Of a stretch of DNA of 64,000 nucleotides, positions 30,892-40,082 are shown in pieces (position 1 is the first letter of the stretch; each line of letters opens with the position of its first letter). This DNA is from an uncultured virus (IMG/VR IMGVR_UViG_3300023174_008763) (lineage: Duplodnaviria > Heunggongvirae > Uroviricota > Caudoviricetes). The stretch lies in the IMG/VR virus record IMGVR_UViG_3300023174_008763. The stretch is one strand, 5' to 3'. Position numbers and translations under genes: made by a program. The notes under the pieces were generated by a model. It was not told the DNA's origin and made no database searches. It saw only the letters and a program-made list of their open reading frames with translations.

Positions 30892-31614
30892 TTAAATCCC
30901 CAAAATTGGCTGTAAATGCTCTTTTAAATTTCCTTTGAAAGAGCCTTGCACTACATGATAACCAATCAGATTTTCTTTTTCATCTCTAAAAAAGCAATTT
31001 CCTTTTACTGGCCCTCTGCTTCCTTTCCAAGCCATTGTTTTAATATTATTGTCCAAAATATACTTTCGAATATTGCAGCCTACTTCGATAAATCCTGTAT
31101 GAATATTATCTTTACACTCTTGCTCGGTCATTACAAAAGTTTGAGATTTTACTAAATCTTTATCATAAAAAGCACCAAAAACACAAGGTATATTTTCATA
31201 CATATGTGGCCTTTGCACAACCCAATTATATGTATCGCATCCATCATTCCATTCGGCACCGACAGCTTTATAACCGCCTTCAAATTTATCAATTACGTAT
31301 TCACATAAACCACTTTGCAAAAAGAAGAAATCTGAATCAAATATACAAATAATATCTGATGTGCATAATTTAAGCCCTTCTTCAATTGCGTGTCCGTGCG
31401 ACCATCCATCGAATGCGACATGACTATCTAAAATTAAAATTTCATCAATTAATATATTTGTTTCTATTTTCTGCTTTAAATGATTCGGGGTATTATCTAC
31501 AATAATTAATCTATAATCATTTTTATCAAACCTTTTTTGGAAATTTTTTAATTGTAAATCAAGCAATTCATAATTTTGATAAATTATGGTCAGAAAATCT
31601 ATTTTTGGTTTCAT
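30892..31614 (-). CDS. Glycosyltransferase (GT-A)
   Basis: LIIVDN, SHGHAI, IFDSDFF (DxD). Confidence 0.75.
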   Translation of the reverse strand: MKPKIDFLTIIYQNYELLDLQLKNFQKRFDKNDYRLIIVDNTPNHLKQKIETNILIDEILILDSHVAFDGWSHGHAIEEGLKLCTSDIICIFDSDFFFLQSGLCEYVIDKFEGGYKAVGAEWNDGCDTYNWVVQRPHMYENIPCVFGAFYDKDLVKSQTFVMTEQECKDNIHTGFIEVGCNIRKYILDNNIKTMAWKGSRGPVKGNCFFRDEKENLIGYHVVQGSFKGNLKEHLQPILGI

Positions 31615-31653
31615 ATATATACTTTTACATTTTATTTGTATAAATAATCTCAA

Positions 31654-32616
31654 ATGTTCATAGCAAAAACTCCTTTAAGAATATCTTTTTGTGGCGGCGG
31701 ATCAGATATGGAAAATTATTATAGCAAGTCTAAAGGTTGTGTTTTAGCATGGACTATTGATAAATATGTATATGCTTTTTCTAATCAAAGATTTGAAGAT
31801 GAATTTAAAATTATTTATTCTAAGGTAGAAGTAGTCAAAAATTTAAATGACATAATTAATAAACTTGCAAAAAATACCTTAAAATTTATGGATATAAAAA
31901 GCAATTTTGAATTATCTACTATATCTGATATTCCAGGTGGATCTGGATTGGGATCTTCTTCAGCTTATGTAATTTCATTATTAAAAACTATATCTTCATT
32001 TAAGAAAGAACAATTAAACAGCTATCAACTTGCAGAATATGCATCAAATATTGAAATAAATTTATCTAATGAGCCTATTGGAAAACAAGATCAATATGCA
32101 TGTGCGTTTGGCGGTTTAAATTATTTTGAATTTTATGAAAATTCAGTGCAAGTTAACAAAATTAATGTTTCAAAAGAATTTCAGAATGATTTAGAAAATC
32201 ATTTAATATTAGTTTACACAGGAGTTAATAGACATTCTGGTGATATTTTAAAAGAACAACAAATGAATAATAATTATGATCATTTACAAGAATTGGTTAA
32301 GTCTACAGAAATGCTATACAAAAATTTTTATAATGAAGATCATTCATCTTTGGGTGCAGTTTTGCACAATAATTGGATGCTTAAAAAACAATTTGCATCA
32401 AATATTACAAATTCAAATTTTGATAAATTTTATCTAGAAGCTTTGAATTTTGGTGCAGAAGGTGGAAAAATTCTTGGAGCAGGCGGCGGCGGATTTTTTC
32501 TTTTTTATGTCAAACCCAATAATAAATCAAAATTTATTGAATTTATTGATTCTAGAAAACTTAAAATTCTTGATTTTAAGTTTTCTAGTTCATCTCCAGA
32601 GGCTATAGAAATTTAA
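31654..32616 (+). CDS. hddA: D-glycero-D-manno-heptose-7-phosphate kinase (GHMP), copy 2
   Basis: KTPLRISFCGGGSD, GSGLGSSS, GKQDQY, GGKILGAGGGGF. Confidence 0.88.
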   Translation: MFIAKTPLRISFCGGGSDMENYYSKSKGCVLAWTIDKYVYAFSNQRFEDEFKIIYSKVEVVKNLNDIINKLAKNTLKFMDIKSNFELSTISDIPGGSGLGSSSAYVISLLKTISSFKKEQLNSYQLAEYASNIEINLSNEPIGKQDQYACAFGGLNYFEFYENSVQVNKINVSKEFQNDLENHLILVYTGVNRHSGDILKEQQMNNNYDHLQELVKSTEMLYKNFYNEDHSSLGAVLHNNWMLKKQFASNITNSNFDKFYLEALNFGAEGGKILGAGGGGFFLFYVKPNNKSKFIEFIDSRKLKILDFKFSSSSPEAIEI

Positions 32617-33143
32617 TGAATTACCAAGAAGAATTAATAAAAAATATAAATCATTATTTTGATTCTAATTTTCAGGAAAAATTTACTAAAAAACTCATAG
32701 AATCCAGTTTTAATGACAATTATATTTATGTAGCTGGAAATGGAGGTTCTGCTGCTACATCATCTCATATGGTTTGTGATTTTGCTAAGAATACAAAACA
32801 GGGTTTAAAAATGATATGCATAAGCGATTCTGTGCCAATTATATCAGCATATGCAAACGATGTGAGTTATGATGATTCTTTGGCAAAATATTTTGAAATT
32901 CTTTCAAAAAAAAATGATATTTTAATTGTTATTTCTGTTTCTGGAAGTTCTAAAAATATCATTCAATTGCTTAAAATTGCAAAACAAAAGCACATATTTA
33001 CTATTGGATTGCTTGGAAAAAAAGGAGGATTTGCTAAAGATTTATGTGATTTATGTTATATAGTTGATTCAAATAATTATGGGATTGTTGAAGATTTGCA
33101 TGGAATTATTATGCATTCTACTGTAGAAGAATTAAAGAAATGA
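32616..33143 (+). CDS. gmhA: Sedoheptulose-7-phosphate isomerase (SIS), copy 2
   Basis: GNGGSAATSSH, AYAND, ISVSGSSKNI, VEDLH. Confidence 0.85.
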   Translation: MNYQEELIKNINHYFDSNFQEKFTKKLIESSFNDNYIYVAGNGGSAATSSHMVCDFAKNTKQGLKMICISDSVPIISAYANDVSYDDSLAKYFEILSKKNDILIVISVSGSSKNIIQLLKIAKQKHIFTIGLLGKKGGFAKDLCDLCYIVDSNNYGIVEDLHGIIMHSTVEELKK

Positions 33144-34033
33144 AAAGAATATTAATTTGTGGCGGGTGTGGTTATATTGGAAGTGAATTATTTTGTGATT
33201 TATGTAAAGATCATGATGTAACTTCTGTTGATCTAGAATGGTTTGGTAGGACCGTAGATAATATTTGCCTTGATTATGACGATCTCACTGAAAATTTTTT
33301 GAATAATTTTGATGTTGTTATATTAACAGCAGCCCATAGCAGCGTAGGCATGTGCAAAAAAGACCCAATAGGATCTTTAGATAACAATGTCATGCGTTGG
33401 TTAAAATTAACTAAAAAATTAAATAAACAAAAATTTATATATGCTAGTAGTAGTTGTGTTTATGATAGTGTGTATGGCGCAACAGAGTTTAGTCCAACAA
33501 AAGCCACAGATGATCTATCGTTAACTAAAATTACTATTGATTCTTATACTCAATTTAGTAATTTTAATGTTGAATATTATGGATTAAGATTTGGGAGTGT
33601 AAATGGACCCTCAAAGAATTTTAGAAATGATCTTATGATCAATCGTATGTCTTTAGATTCCCAAAATAAAACAATTAATTTAGCCAACTCTCATTGTCAT
33701 CGGCCAATTTTGGCAATGTCAGATCTTGTTTCTGCTGTAAGAAAAATTGTAGAATCAAACGAGGATAAAAGAGGCTTGTATAATATTGCGAGTTTCAATG
33801 AATCAATTGGCAATATTGCAAATCAAGTATCCGCTGAATTTGATAGCCAAATTAATCTTATCTCTAATACTCCTAGCACATTTGATTTTACTATGAGTTC
33901 AGAAAAATTTTCTCAGGCATTTAATTGGGAGCCATCAATTAAATGTACAAAAGATCTCGTTAATGATATTAAATTATCTTTGTCTACTTTTAAATTAATT
34001 GGTGGACGAGAGTGTCAAGGAGGCTTAAAATGA
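33140..34033 (+). CDS. NAD-dependent epimerase/dehydratase
   Basis: GGCGYIGS, ASSSCVY, LRFGSVNG, RPIL. Confidence 0.85.
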   Translation: MKRILICGGCGYIGSELFCDLCKDHDVTSVDLEWFGRTVDNICLDYDDLTENFLNNFDVVILTAAHSSVGMCKKDPIGSLDNNVMRWLKLTKKLNKQKFIYASSSCVYDSVYGATEFSPTKATDDLSLTKITIDSYTQFSNFNVEYYGLRFGSVNGPSKNFRNDLMINRMSLDSQNKTINLANSHCHRPILAMSDLVSAVRKIVESNEDKRGLYNIASFNESIGNIANQVSAEFDSQINLISNTPSTFDFTMSSEKFSQAFNWEPSIKCTKDLVNDIKLSLSTFKLIGGRECQGGLK

Positions 34034-34740
34034 AAAAAAAATACGATGTTTTAACTAAAAATAACTTTTCTTATTCTTCTTTAGATTTTAAATATCCAGA
34101 GGGCTCTAAACTAGACAATACAAGTGGAATTCCATATATTGAATTATGGGAGAATTTTATAGGATGTAATGAGCACAAAAAACTCAAGGTGCTGGACATT
34201 GGTTGTGCGGGCGGCCAAAATGTTCTTGAATGGAACTCAAGGGGACATGTAGCCATAGGAATCGAAGGAAGCGATTGTCCAATTGTTAATTCAGAATCTA
34301 AGGGATATAATAATTGGCGATTATTCAAAGATATTTATCTTTTTAATGCTGATTTAACGAAGCCATATGTGGTTTTAGAAGATGGAGTTCCGATGAAGTT
34401 TGATTTAATTTCTTGTTGGGAAGTTATTGAACATATTGACGAAAAAGATGCCGATGATTTTTTCAAATTTATTGATAATCATCTTGCTGACGATGGAATT
34501 TTTATTGGTTCTATAGCCACTGATGAATCTAACGGCCATTATTATCCTGACATTAATTATCATGTAAATATTAAAGATAAGCTTTATTGGCGCAATTATC
34601 TAGCTTCTAAATTTCTTCTTTTTAATTGCTATCCTGTATCTCTTACTTTAAGGCAAGATGCCACAAGTTATCCGATGATTCCATTAGATCAACCGCATCC
34701 TGAATTATCTTTCGCGTTCTATGCTAAAAAGAAAAAATAA
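34030..34740 (+). CDS. Class I SAM-dependent methyltransferase
   Basis: VLDIGCAGG, FDLISCWEVIEHI. Confidence 0.85.
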   Translation: MKKKYDVLTKNNFSYSSLDFKYPEGSKLDNTSGIPYIELWENFIGCNEHKKLKVLDIGCAGGQNVLEWNSRGHVAIGIEGSDCPIVNSESKGYNNWRLFKDIYLFNADLTKPYVVLEDGVPMKFDLISCWEVIEHIDEKDADDFFKFIDNHLADDGIFIGSIATDESNGHYYPDINYHVNIKDKLYWRNYLASKFLLFNCYPVSLTLRQDATSYPMIPLDQPHPELSFAFYAKKKK

Positions 34741-34743
34741 ATT

Positions 34744-35952
34744 ATGAATAACATTAAACCAATCGAATCTTGTCTTATTTGCAAAAATTCAATGTTAACA
34801 GCTTTGCTTGATTTGGGTAATCAAGCTTTAGCTAATAGTTACATTAAAAATAAAGAATCAGAAGAATTAGAATTTCCTTTAGCTCTTAATTTATGTGAAC
34901 ATTGTTATCATGTTCAATTAACACATTCAGTTAATCCAGATTTATTATTTAGGAATTATCTTTATGTATCTGGTACATCTAATACATTTAACCAATATTT
35001 AAAATTTTTTGCCTCTCCATATTTAAAAGAATCGCCAAAAAGAGTGCTAGAGATAGCTTGCAATGACGGTTCTTTATTAAAGCTATTTAAAGACGCAGGT
35101 TGGAGCACTTTTGGTGTAGATCCAGCTATTAATTTGAAGCCATTAGTAGAAGAAAAAGGGTTATCGGTTTTGGCAGAATATTGGAATCTAGAAACAGCAA
35201 AATTTTTGAATCAAAAATTTGATTTGATTATTGCTATGCATGTTTTGCCACATGTACCAGACCCTGTTGAGTTTATTTTAGCCTGCAAAGAAGTGTTGGC
35301 AGACAATGGAAGAATTGTTTTGCAAACGAGTCAATGTGAAATGTTTCAAAATTTTGAATATGATTGCACTTATCATGAACATTGTTCGTATTTTTCTGCC
35401 AAATCATTTAAAAAATTAGCTGAAATTTGTGGCTTAAAATGCAGCAGCAGCTATAAAGCAAATATACATGGCAAAAGTTATGTGGTTACTTTTTCAAATG
35501 TAGAAGATAACACATTAAATCAAATAGAACTAGATGAGGCTAATATTGGCAGATATACTAAAGATTTTTATAATAAATTTTCTAACAAAGCATTTTCTTT
35601 AACAAAAGAACTCAAAGAATCAATTGATTCGTATAGAAATCAAGGTTATACCATTGTTGGTTTTGGTGCTGCAGCTAAAGGCAACACAGTTTTAAACTTT
35701 GGAGATATCCATCTAGATTATATTGTTGACGACAATCCATTAAAATGGAATTATTATACACCAGGTATTCATACTATTATCAAAAATCCAGATTGTATTT
35801 CGCAAGAATATAACAAATGTTTATTTGTTATATTGGCTTGGAATTTTTATAATGAAATTAAATATAATATTTTAAAAAGAAGGTCTAACCCAGATGATAA
35901 ATTTATTACATATTTTCCTGCGATAAAAATTCAAAATAATTCTGTACAATGA
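34744..35952 (+). CDS. NDP-sugar C-methyltransferase
   Basis: N-term zinc CxxC..LDLGNQALAN..CEHC, EIACNDG, YHEH, GAAAKG, LAWNF. Confidence 0.88.
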   Translation: MNNIKPIESCLICKNSMLTALLDLGNQALANSYIKNKESEELEFPLALNLCEHCYHVQLTHSVNPDLLFRNYLYVSGTSNTFNQYLKFFASPYLKESPKRVLEIACNDGSLLKLFKDAGWSTFGVDPAINLKPLVEEKGLSVLAEYWNLETAKFLNQKFDLIIAMHVLPHVPDPVEFILACKEVLADNGRIVLQTSQCEMFQNFEYDCTYHEHCSYFSAKSFKKLAEICGLKCSSSYKANIHGKSYVVTFSNVEDNTLNQIELDEANIGRYTKDFYNKFSNKAFSLTKELKESIDSYRNQGYTIVGFGAAAKGNTVLNFGDIHLDYIVDDNPLKWNYYTPGIHTIIKNPDCISQEYNKCLFVILAWNFYNEIKYNILKRRSNPDDKFITYFPAIKIQNNSVQ

Positions 35953-35974
35953 ACGATTCTTGTACAAATTAACA

Positions 35975-36892
35975 ATGATTTGTTTAAATAAAATACTTGT
36001 TACTGGCGGAGCAGGTTTTATTGGTTCACATTTTGTTGATTTATGTTTATCAAATAATATTAAAGTGGTAAATTATGATGCAATGATGATTGGAAGTATG
36101 CCCGAATTTGGTCCAGACAGAATTCATCCATTATATAAATTTAAACAAGTAGATTTAGCTTCAGACAAATATGAAATACCACACGACATTGATGCACTTG
36201 TTCATTTTGCAGCTCAAACCCATGTTGATCGTAGTGTATCCGACCCTACATCTTTTATTGAGTCAAATATAAATGGCACTTACAAATTATTAAGAAAATG
36301 CCCAGAAAAAATTAGATTCCACCTTGTTTCAACCGATGAAGTATATGGAGACACAATTGCCAATAATTATCCTTCAAAAGAAACTGATATGATTTTATCA
36401 TCATCTCCTTATTCGGCTTCTAAAGCTGCTTCAGAACAGTTAGTTATATCCTGGGGTAGAACTTATAATTTGGATTATACGATTACAAGAGGCTGTAATA
36501 CAATTGGCAAAAGACAGAATAAAGAAAAACTATTTCCCAAATTTATTTGGAACGCCCAAAATGGAATAGAATTACCTGTTTATGATGGCGGCAGCGCAGT
36601 AAGGGAGTATATACATGTTACAGATCACGCTCAGGCTATATTTGATGTTTTAACAAAAGCCAATTCTAAAAATATCTATAATGTTTCATCTGGATTTAGT
36701 GCATCTGTAAATGATGTTGTAAATTTTCTAAGAAAATATTATCCCGATTTAAGAATTACGGACAGAGAAAGTAGATCGGGCCATGATATGAAATATTGCA
36801 TTTCTTCTGACAAAATATATAACCACTTGAGCTGGGAGCCGAAATTTCAAAATATAGAAATTTTTGAAACAGCCTACAATGAACTAAAATAA
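35975..36892 (+). CDS. rfbB: dTDP-glucose 4,6-dehydratase
   Basis: VTGGAGFIGS, FAAQTHVDRS, VSTDEVYG, SPYSASKA, EKLFP. Confidence 0.9.
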   Translation: MICLNKILVTGGAGFIGSHFVDLCLSNNIKVVNYDAMMIGSMPEFGPDRIHPLYKFKQVDLASDKYEIPHDIDALVHFAAQTHVDRSVSDPTSFIESNINGTYKLLRKCPEKIRFHLVSTDEVYGDTIANNYPSKETDMILSSSPYSASKAASEQLVISWGRTYNLDYTITRGCNTIGKRQNKEKLFPKFIWNAQNGIELPVYDGGSAVREYIHVTDHAQAIFDVLTKANSKNIYNVSSGFSASVNDVVNFLRKYYPDLRITDRESRSGHDMKYCISSDKIYNHLSWEPKFQNIEIFETAYNELK

Positions 36893-36925
36893 TTTTCCCG
36901 TATAATATAATTTCAAGGAGAAAAT

Positions 36926-37129
36926 ATGGATACAAAATTTGCTGGATTGACGGTTGGCCTTATGGTTAAAAACAATAAAACATCTAAAAACTGGATGATT
37001 ACAGATTTGGTAACATCTTATTCCTCTGTAAAAAAACAATCGCCCGATCAACATAAAGTGAGATTGTCAAACGGCGCAAAGCATTTATTAATCTCGGTGG
37101 AAAATTTAAATAAAAATTACAAATGGTAA
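36926..37129 (+). CDS. Small hypothetical protein
   Basis: AGGAG SD and CGTATAAT box upstream. Confidence 0.55.
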   Translation: MDTKFAGLTVGLMVKNNKTSKNWMITDLVTSYSSVKKQSPDQHKVRLSNGAKHLLISVENLNKNYKW

Positions 37130-38403
37130 AAATGACAGACACAACTTTAATTGAAAAGGGAATCAGCAGAATTGAATGGGCAGACAGAGAAATGCCTGTT
37201 TTACAACAAATCCGAAAAAGATTTGAAAAACAAAAGCCTTTCAAAAATAAGGTTTTTGCAGCATGCATGCACATCACCACAGAAACCGCAAATCTTGTGC
37301 GCACACTTAAGGCGGGTGGAGCAAAGATATTTTTATGTGCTTCAAATCCACTCTCTACACAAGATGATGTAGTGGCTGCTTTGCAAAGACACTACGATAT
37401 TAACGTTTTTGCAAAGCATGGTGAATCAAACGAATCTTATTATCAAAATATTCAAAACGTTTTAGAATCAAATCCACATTTTGTTTTAGATGATGGATGT
37501 GATTTAGTGAATTATCTTTACACAAAACGACCAGATTTAATTGATAATATCGTCGGTGGCACAGAAGAAACTACGACAGGTGTTCAGAGACTCAAGGCAA
37601 TGGAAAGAGATAACATGCTTAAATATCCAATTATTGCCGTTAATGATGCTCTAACCAAACATATGTTCGATAATCAATATGGAACTGGACAATCCACTTT
37701 AGATGGAATTATTAGAGCCACAAACACACTTCTTGCTGGTAAGGTTTTTGTTGTTGCTGGATATGGATGGTGCGGAAAAGGACTCGCGCAAAAAGCAAAA
37801 GGAATGGGTTGCAAAGTGATAGTCACAGAAGTAGACCCAATCAGGGCACTGCAGGCTCATATGGATGGTTTTGAGGTGATGCCGATGATCAACGCATGCA
37901 AAAAAGCTGATTTTATTGTTACTGTTACTGGTAACAAAAATGTAATTGATCTGTATAATTTTGTTGAAATGAAAGATGGAGTGATTATTGCAAACTCCGG
38001 TCATTTTGATGTAGAGATCGATTTAAACACCCTCAAAAACATCAGTTTAAAAGTGAAAGAAGTAAGAGATGGATTAGAAGAGTATACTCTTACAAATGAA
38101 AATAGTCTTAATATGAAGTGGGTTCCAAATAATAAAAAAATTCTTGTATTAGGTAAAGGAAGATTAGTTAATTTGGCTTGCGCGGAGGGACATCCAGCTA
38201 GTGTTATGGATATGAGTTTTGCTAATCAAGTATTGGCTGCTGAATTCTTAAGTAATACCACATTGGAAAATAAAATTTATTCAGTTCCAGAAGAAATTGA
38301 CAAACAAGTGGCTTTTTATAAATTGCAATCACTCAATTTGAAAATTGACCATTTAACTCCTGAACAGAAAGCTTATATCAACTCTTGGCAAGAAGGAACA
38401 TAA
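37123..38403 (+). CDS. ahcY: Adenosylhomocysteinase
   Basis: MPVL, H.TTETA, SNPLSTQD, LDDG, EETTTG, K.MFDN.YG, GYGWCGKG, GHFDVEI, GRLVNL..AEGHP. Confidence 0.97.
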   Translation: MVKMTDTTLIEKGISRIEWADREMPVLQQIRKRFEKQKPFKNKVFAACMHITTETANLVRTLKAGGAKIFLCASNPLSTQDDVVAALQRHYDINVFAKHGESNESYYQNIQNVLESNPHFVLDDGCDLVNYLYTKRPDLIDNIVGGTEETTTGVQRLKAMERDNMLKYPIIAVNDALTKHMFDNQYGTGQSTLDGIIRATNTLLAGKVFVVAGYGWCGKGLAQKAKGMGCKVIVTEVDPIRALQAHMDGFEVMPMINACKKADFIVTVTGNKNVIDLYNFVEMKDGVIIANSGHFDVEIDLNTLKNISLKVKEVRDGLEEYTLTNENSLNMKWVPNNKKILVLGKGRLVNLACAEGHPASVMDMSFANQVLAAEFLSNTTLENKIYSVPEEIDKQVAFYKLQSLNLKIDHLTPEQKAYINSWQEGT

Positions 38404-38427
38404 TGCCATTAATATGAAAAAAACAAT

Positions 38428-38688
38428 ATGCAAAAATACCCAGATGTGGTTTTAAGTAAGCCGGTAATTGTTCAGCCTGCCGCAACATCCACAACATTTC
38501 ATGTAATTCAAATAGCAGAAAACCCAAGCGAAAAATGGGTGAATGCTTTTGTGTCTGATGGAGTGAAGCAAATATGGATTCCAATTCTTTCAGAAGAAAA
38601 TTATTTTTCGGATTGGAATGATTCAGATGTTACAGATGCTATTACAGATTATGTTTCAAGTAATTATGAGCAAGTTTCCAGCGTATAA
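38428..38688 (+). CDS. Hypothetical protein
   Basis: 86-aa ORF after AGG-N19-GAAAAAA motif. Confidence 0.55.
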   Translation: MQKYPDVVLSKPVIVQPAATSTTFHVIQIAENPSEKWVNAFVSDGVKQIWIPILSEENYFSDWNDSDVTDAITDYVSSNYEQVSSV

Positions 38689-38694
38689 TAAGCC

Positions 38695-39081
38695 ATGAAC
38701 CCTGTTATTAGAAAAATCAAACGATATGATGTAGATATGGTGAATTCTATGCCAAATCATTTATTTATATTTGGCGATAATACAATAGGTATAGGTCGCG
38801 GCGGCCAAGCAATCGTGAGGTATTGTAAAAACACTTATGGCATTCCTACAAAAAAACTTCCATCACAATTGTCAAATTCTTATTTTTCTGATGATGAATA
38901 TGAGAAAAACACTAAAATAATAAAAGAATCCATTGATAGTATTCCTTTAAACTACGAATATATTGTTTTTCCAGAAGATGGCTTAGGTACAGGTTTGGCA
39001 CAACTACCGTTGAGGGCACCTCGCACTTATAGATTTTTAGTAAGTTATCTTAACAGTAAATTTGGCGATATTTATGAATGA
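38695..39081 (+). CDS. Conserved phage protein (FGDN..GGQA..R..N..GIPTK family)
   Basis: FIFGDN, GRGGQA, GIPTKK, FPEDGLGTGLAQL motifs. Confidence 0.65.
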   Translation: MNPVIRKIKRYDVDMVNSMPNHLFIFGDNTIGIGRGGQAIVRYCKNTYGIPTKKLPSQLSNSYFSDDEYEKNTKIIKESIDSIPLNYEYIVFPEDGLGTGLAQLPLRAPRTYRFLVSYLNSKFGDIYE

Positions 39082-39397
39082 ACGGTGGTTTTTGTTTTAT
39101 GATGGAGCTTGTCCTTTGTGTGTAAAAACTCAAAACAAAATACACAATCTGATTCCAAATGTAAAAATTACAGTGGTTGATTTAAACGGGCAAATTGCTA
39201 ATCAGAAAGGATATTCATGCAAGCAAGTGGTGCTAGAAACACCTAATAATATTTTTTATGGAATTGATGCTTGGGTTCATATTTTGAGCAACACGAGATA
39301 CAAGATGATCACATATTCAGTTTTTAAACCAATTTTATTTTTAATTTATTGGTTTATTTCCAAAAATAGAAAATTAATAAGCAAGATCGTAAAATGA
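39074..39397 (+). CDS. DCC1-like thiol-disulfide oxidoreductase (DUF393)
   Basis: FYDGACPLC, GIDAW, YWFISKNR. Confidence 0.8.
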   Translation: MNERWFLFYDGACPLCVKTQNKIHNLIPNVKITVVDLNGQIANQKGYSCKQVVLETPNNIFYGIDAWVHILSNTRYKMITYSVFKPILFLIYWFISKNRKLISKIVK

Positions 39398-39630
39398 GTA
39401 AATATTACAATAGAGTACACAGTGAATTTGAATCAATTCTTTTTAATCTAAGCAAGAATAGAAAAACTAATTATACAGATGCCTTAAATCAGGCACACGA
39501 ATACGTGAATAAGTTTTGTTCTAAGAAGAATATTTCTGAATCTGAAAAAAACGAAATTATTGACTATTGTGTAGAGATGATTGCTGATTGGTTTCCAGAT
39601 GTTTCTGGTAGCGCCTTAAGCATTTCCTAG
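39394..39630 (+). CDS. Hypothetical protein
   Basis: ATGA-overlapped ORF. Confidence 0.5.
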   Translation: MSKYYNRVHSEFESILFNLSKNRKTNYTDALNQAHEYVNKFCSKKNISESEKNEIIDYCVEMIADWFPDVSGSALSIS

Positions 39631-40074
39631 AGTTTCTTTAATCTTTCTTGTGATAAGATTTTGCACAGCTTCTTGCCCTTCTGGGGTGTCAAAAATTGGA
39701 GCAAGATCTCCGAATTCAGGTGAATTGATGATTTCGTCGGTGATTCGATCCTCTAATTGAGTAATTTGTTCTTCATTCATTTCTGGAATTTCAGGAGCGC
39801 TTGTATAATCATCAAATGCAGGGTTAGTATCTACGTAATCTTGATCTCCATTAAGTGCAGGAACTTCCGGGGTTTCAATGGGCGGAAACATCGCTGGATT
39901 TATAGTATCACTTTCAGTAGTTGTATCATTAACTAATTTTTCTGGTAAAACATTTGTTACATCTTTGCTAAATGAGTCTATTTCATTTGCAGCCTGCGGA
40001 TTTACTTCTTCCACTTCTTCTGCAATTTGCGCAAGACGCACGAGTGTTTTTAATAATTGTAAATTAGTCATCAT
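39616..40074 (-). CDS. Acidic hypothetical protein with LVRLAQIA..A.EID motif
   Basis: ORF after AGG-N19-GAATAAC motif; motif resembles those in the 46629 and 51300 ORFs. Confidence 0.6.
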   Translation of the reverse strand: MMTNLQLLKTLVRLAQIAEEVEEVNPQAANEIDSFSKDVTNVLPEKLVNDTTTESDTINPAMFPPIETPEVPALNGDQDYVDTNPAFDDYTSAPEIPEMNEEQITQLEDRITDEIINSPEFGDLAPIFDTPEGQEAVQNLITRKIKETLGNA

Positions 40075-40082
40075 TAAGTTAT

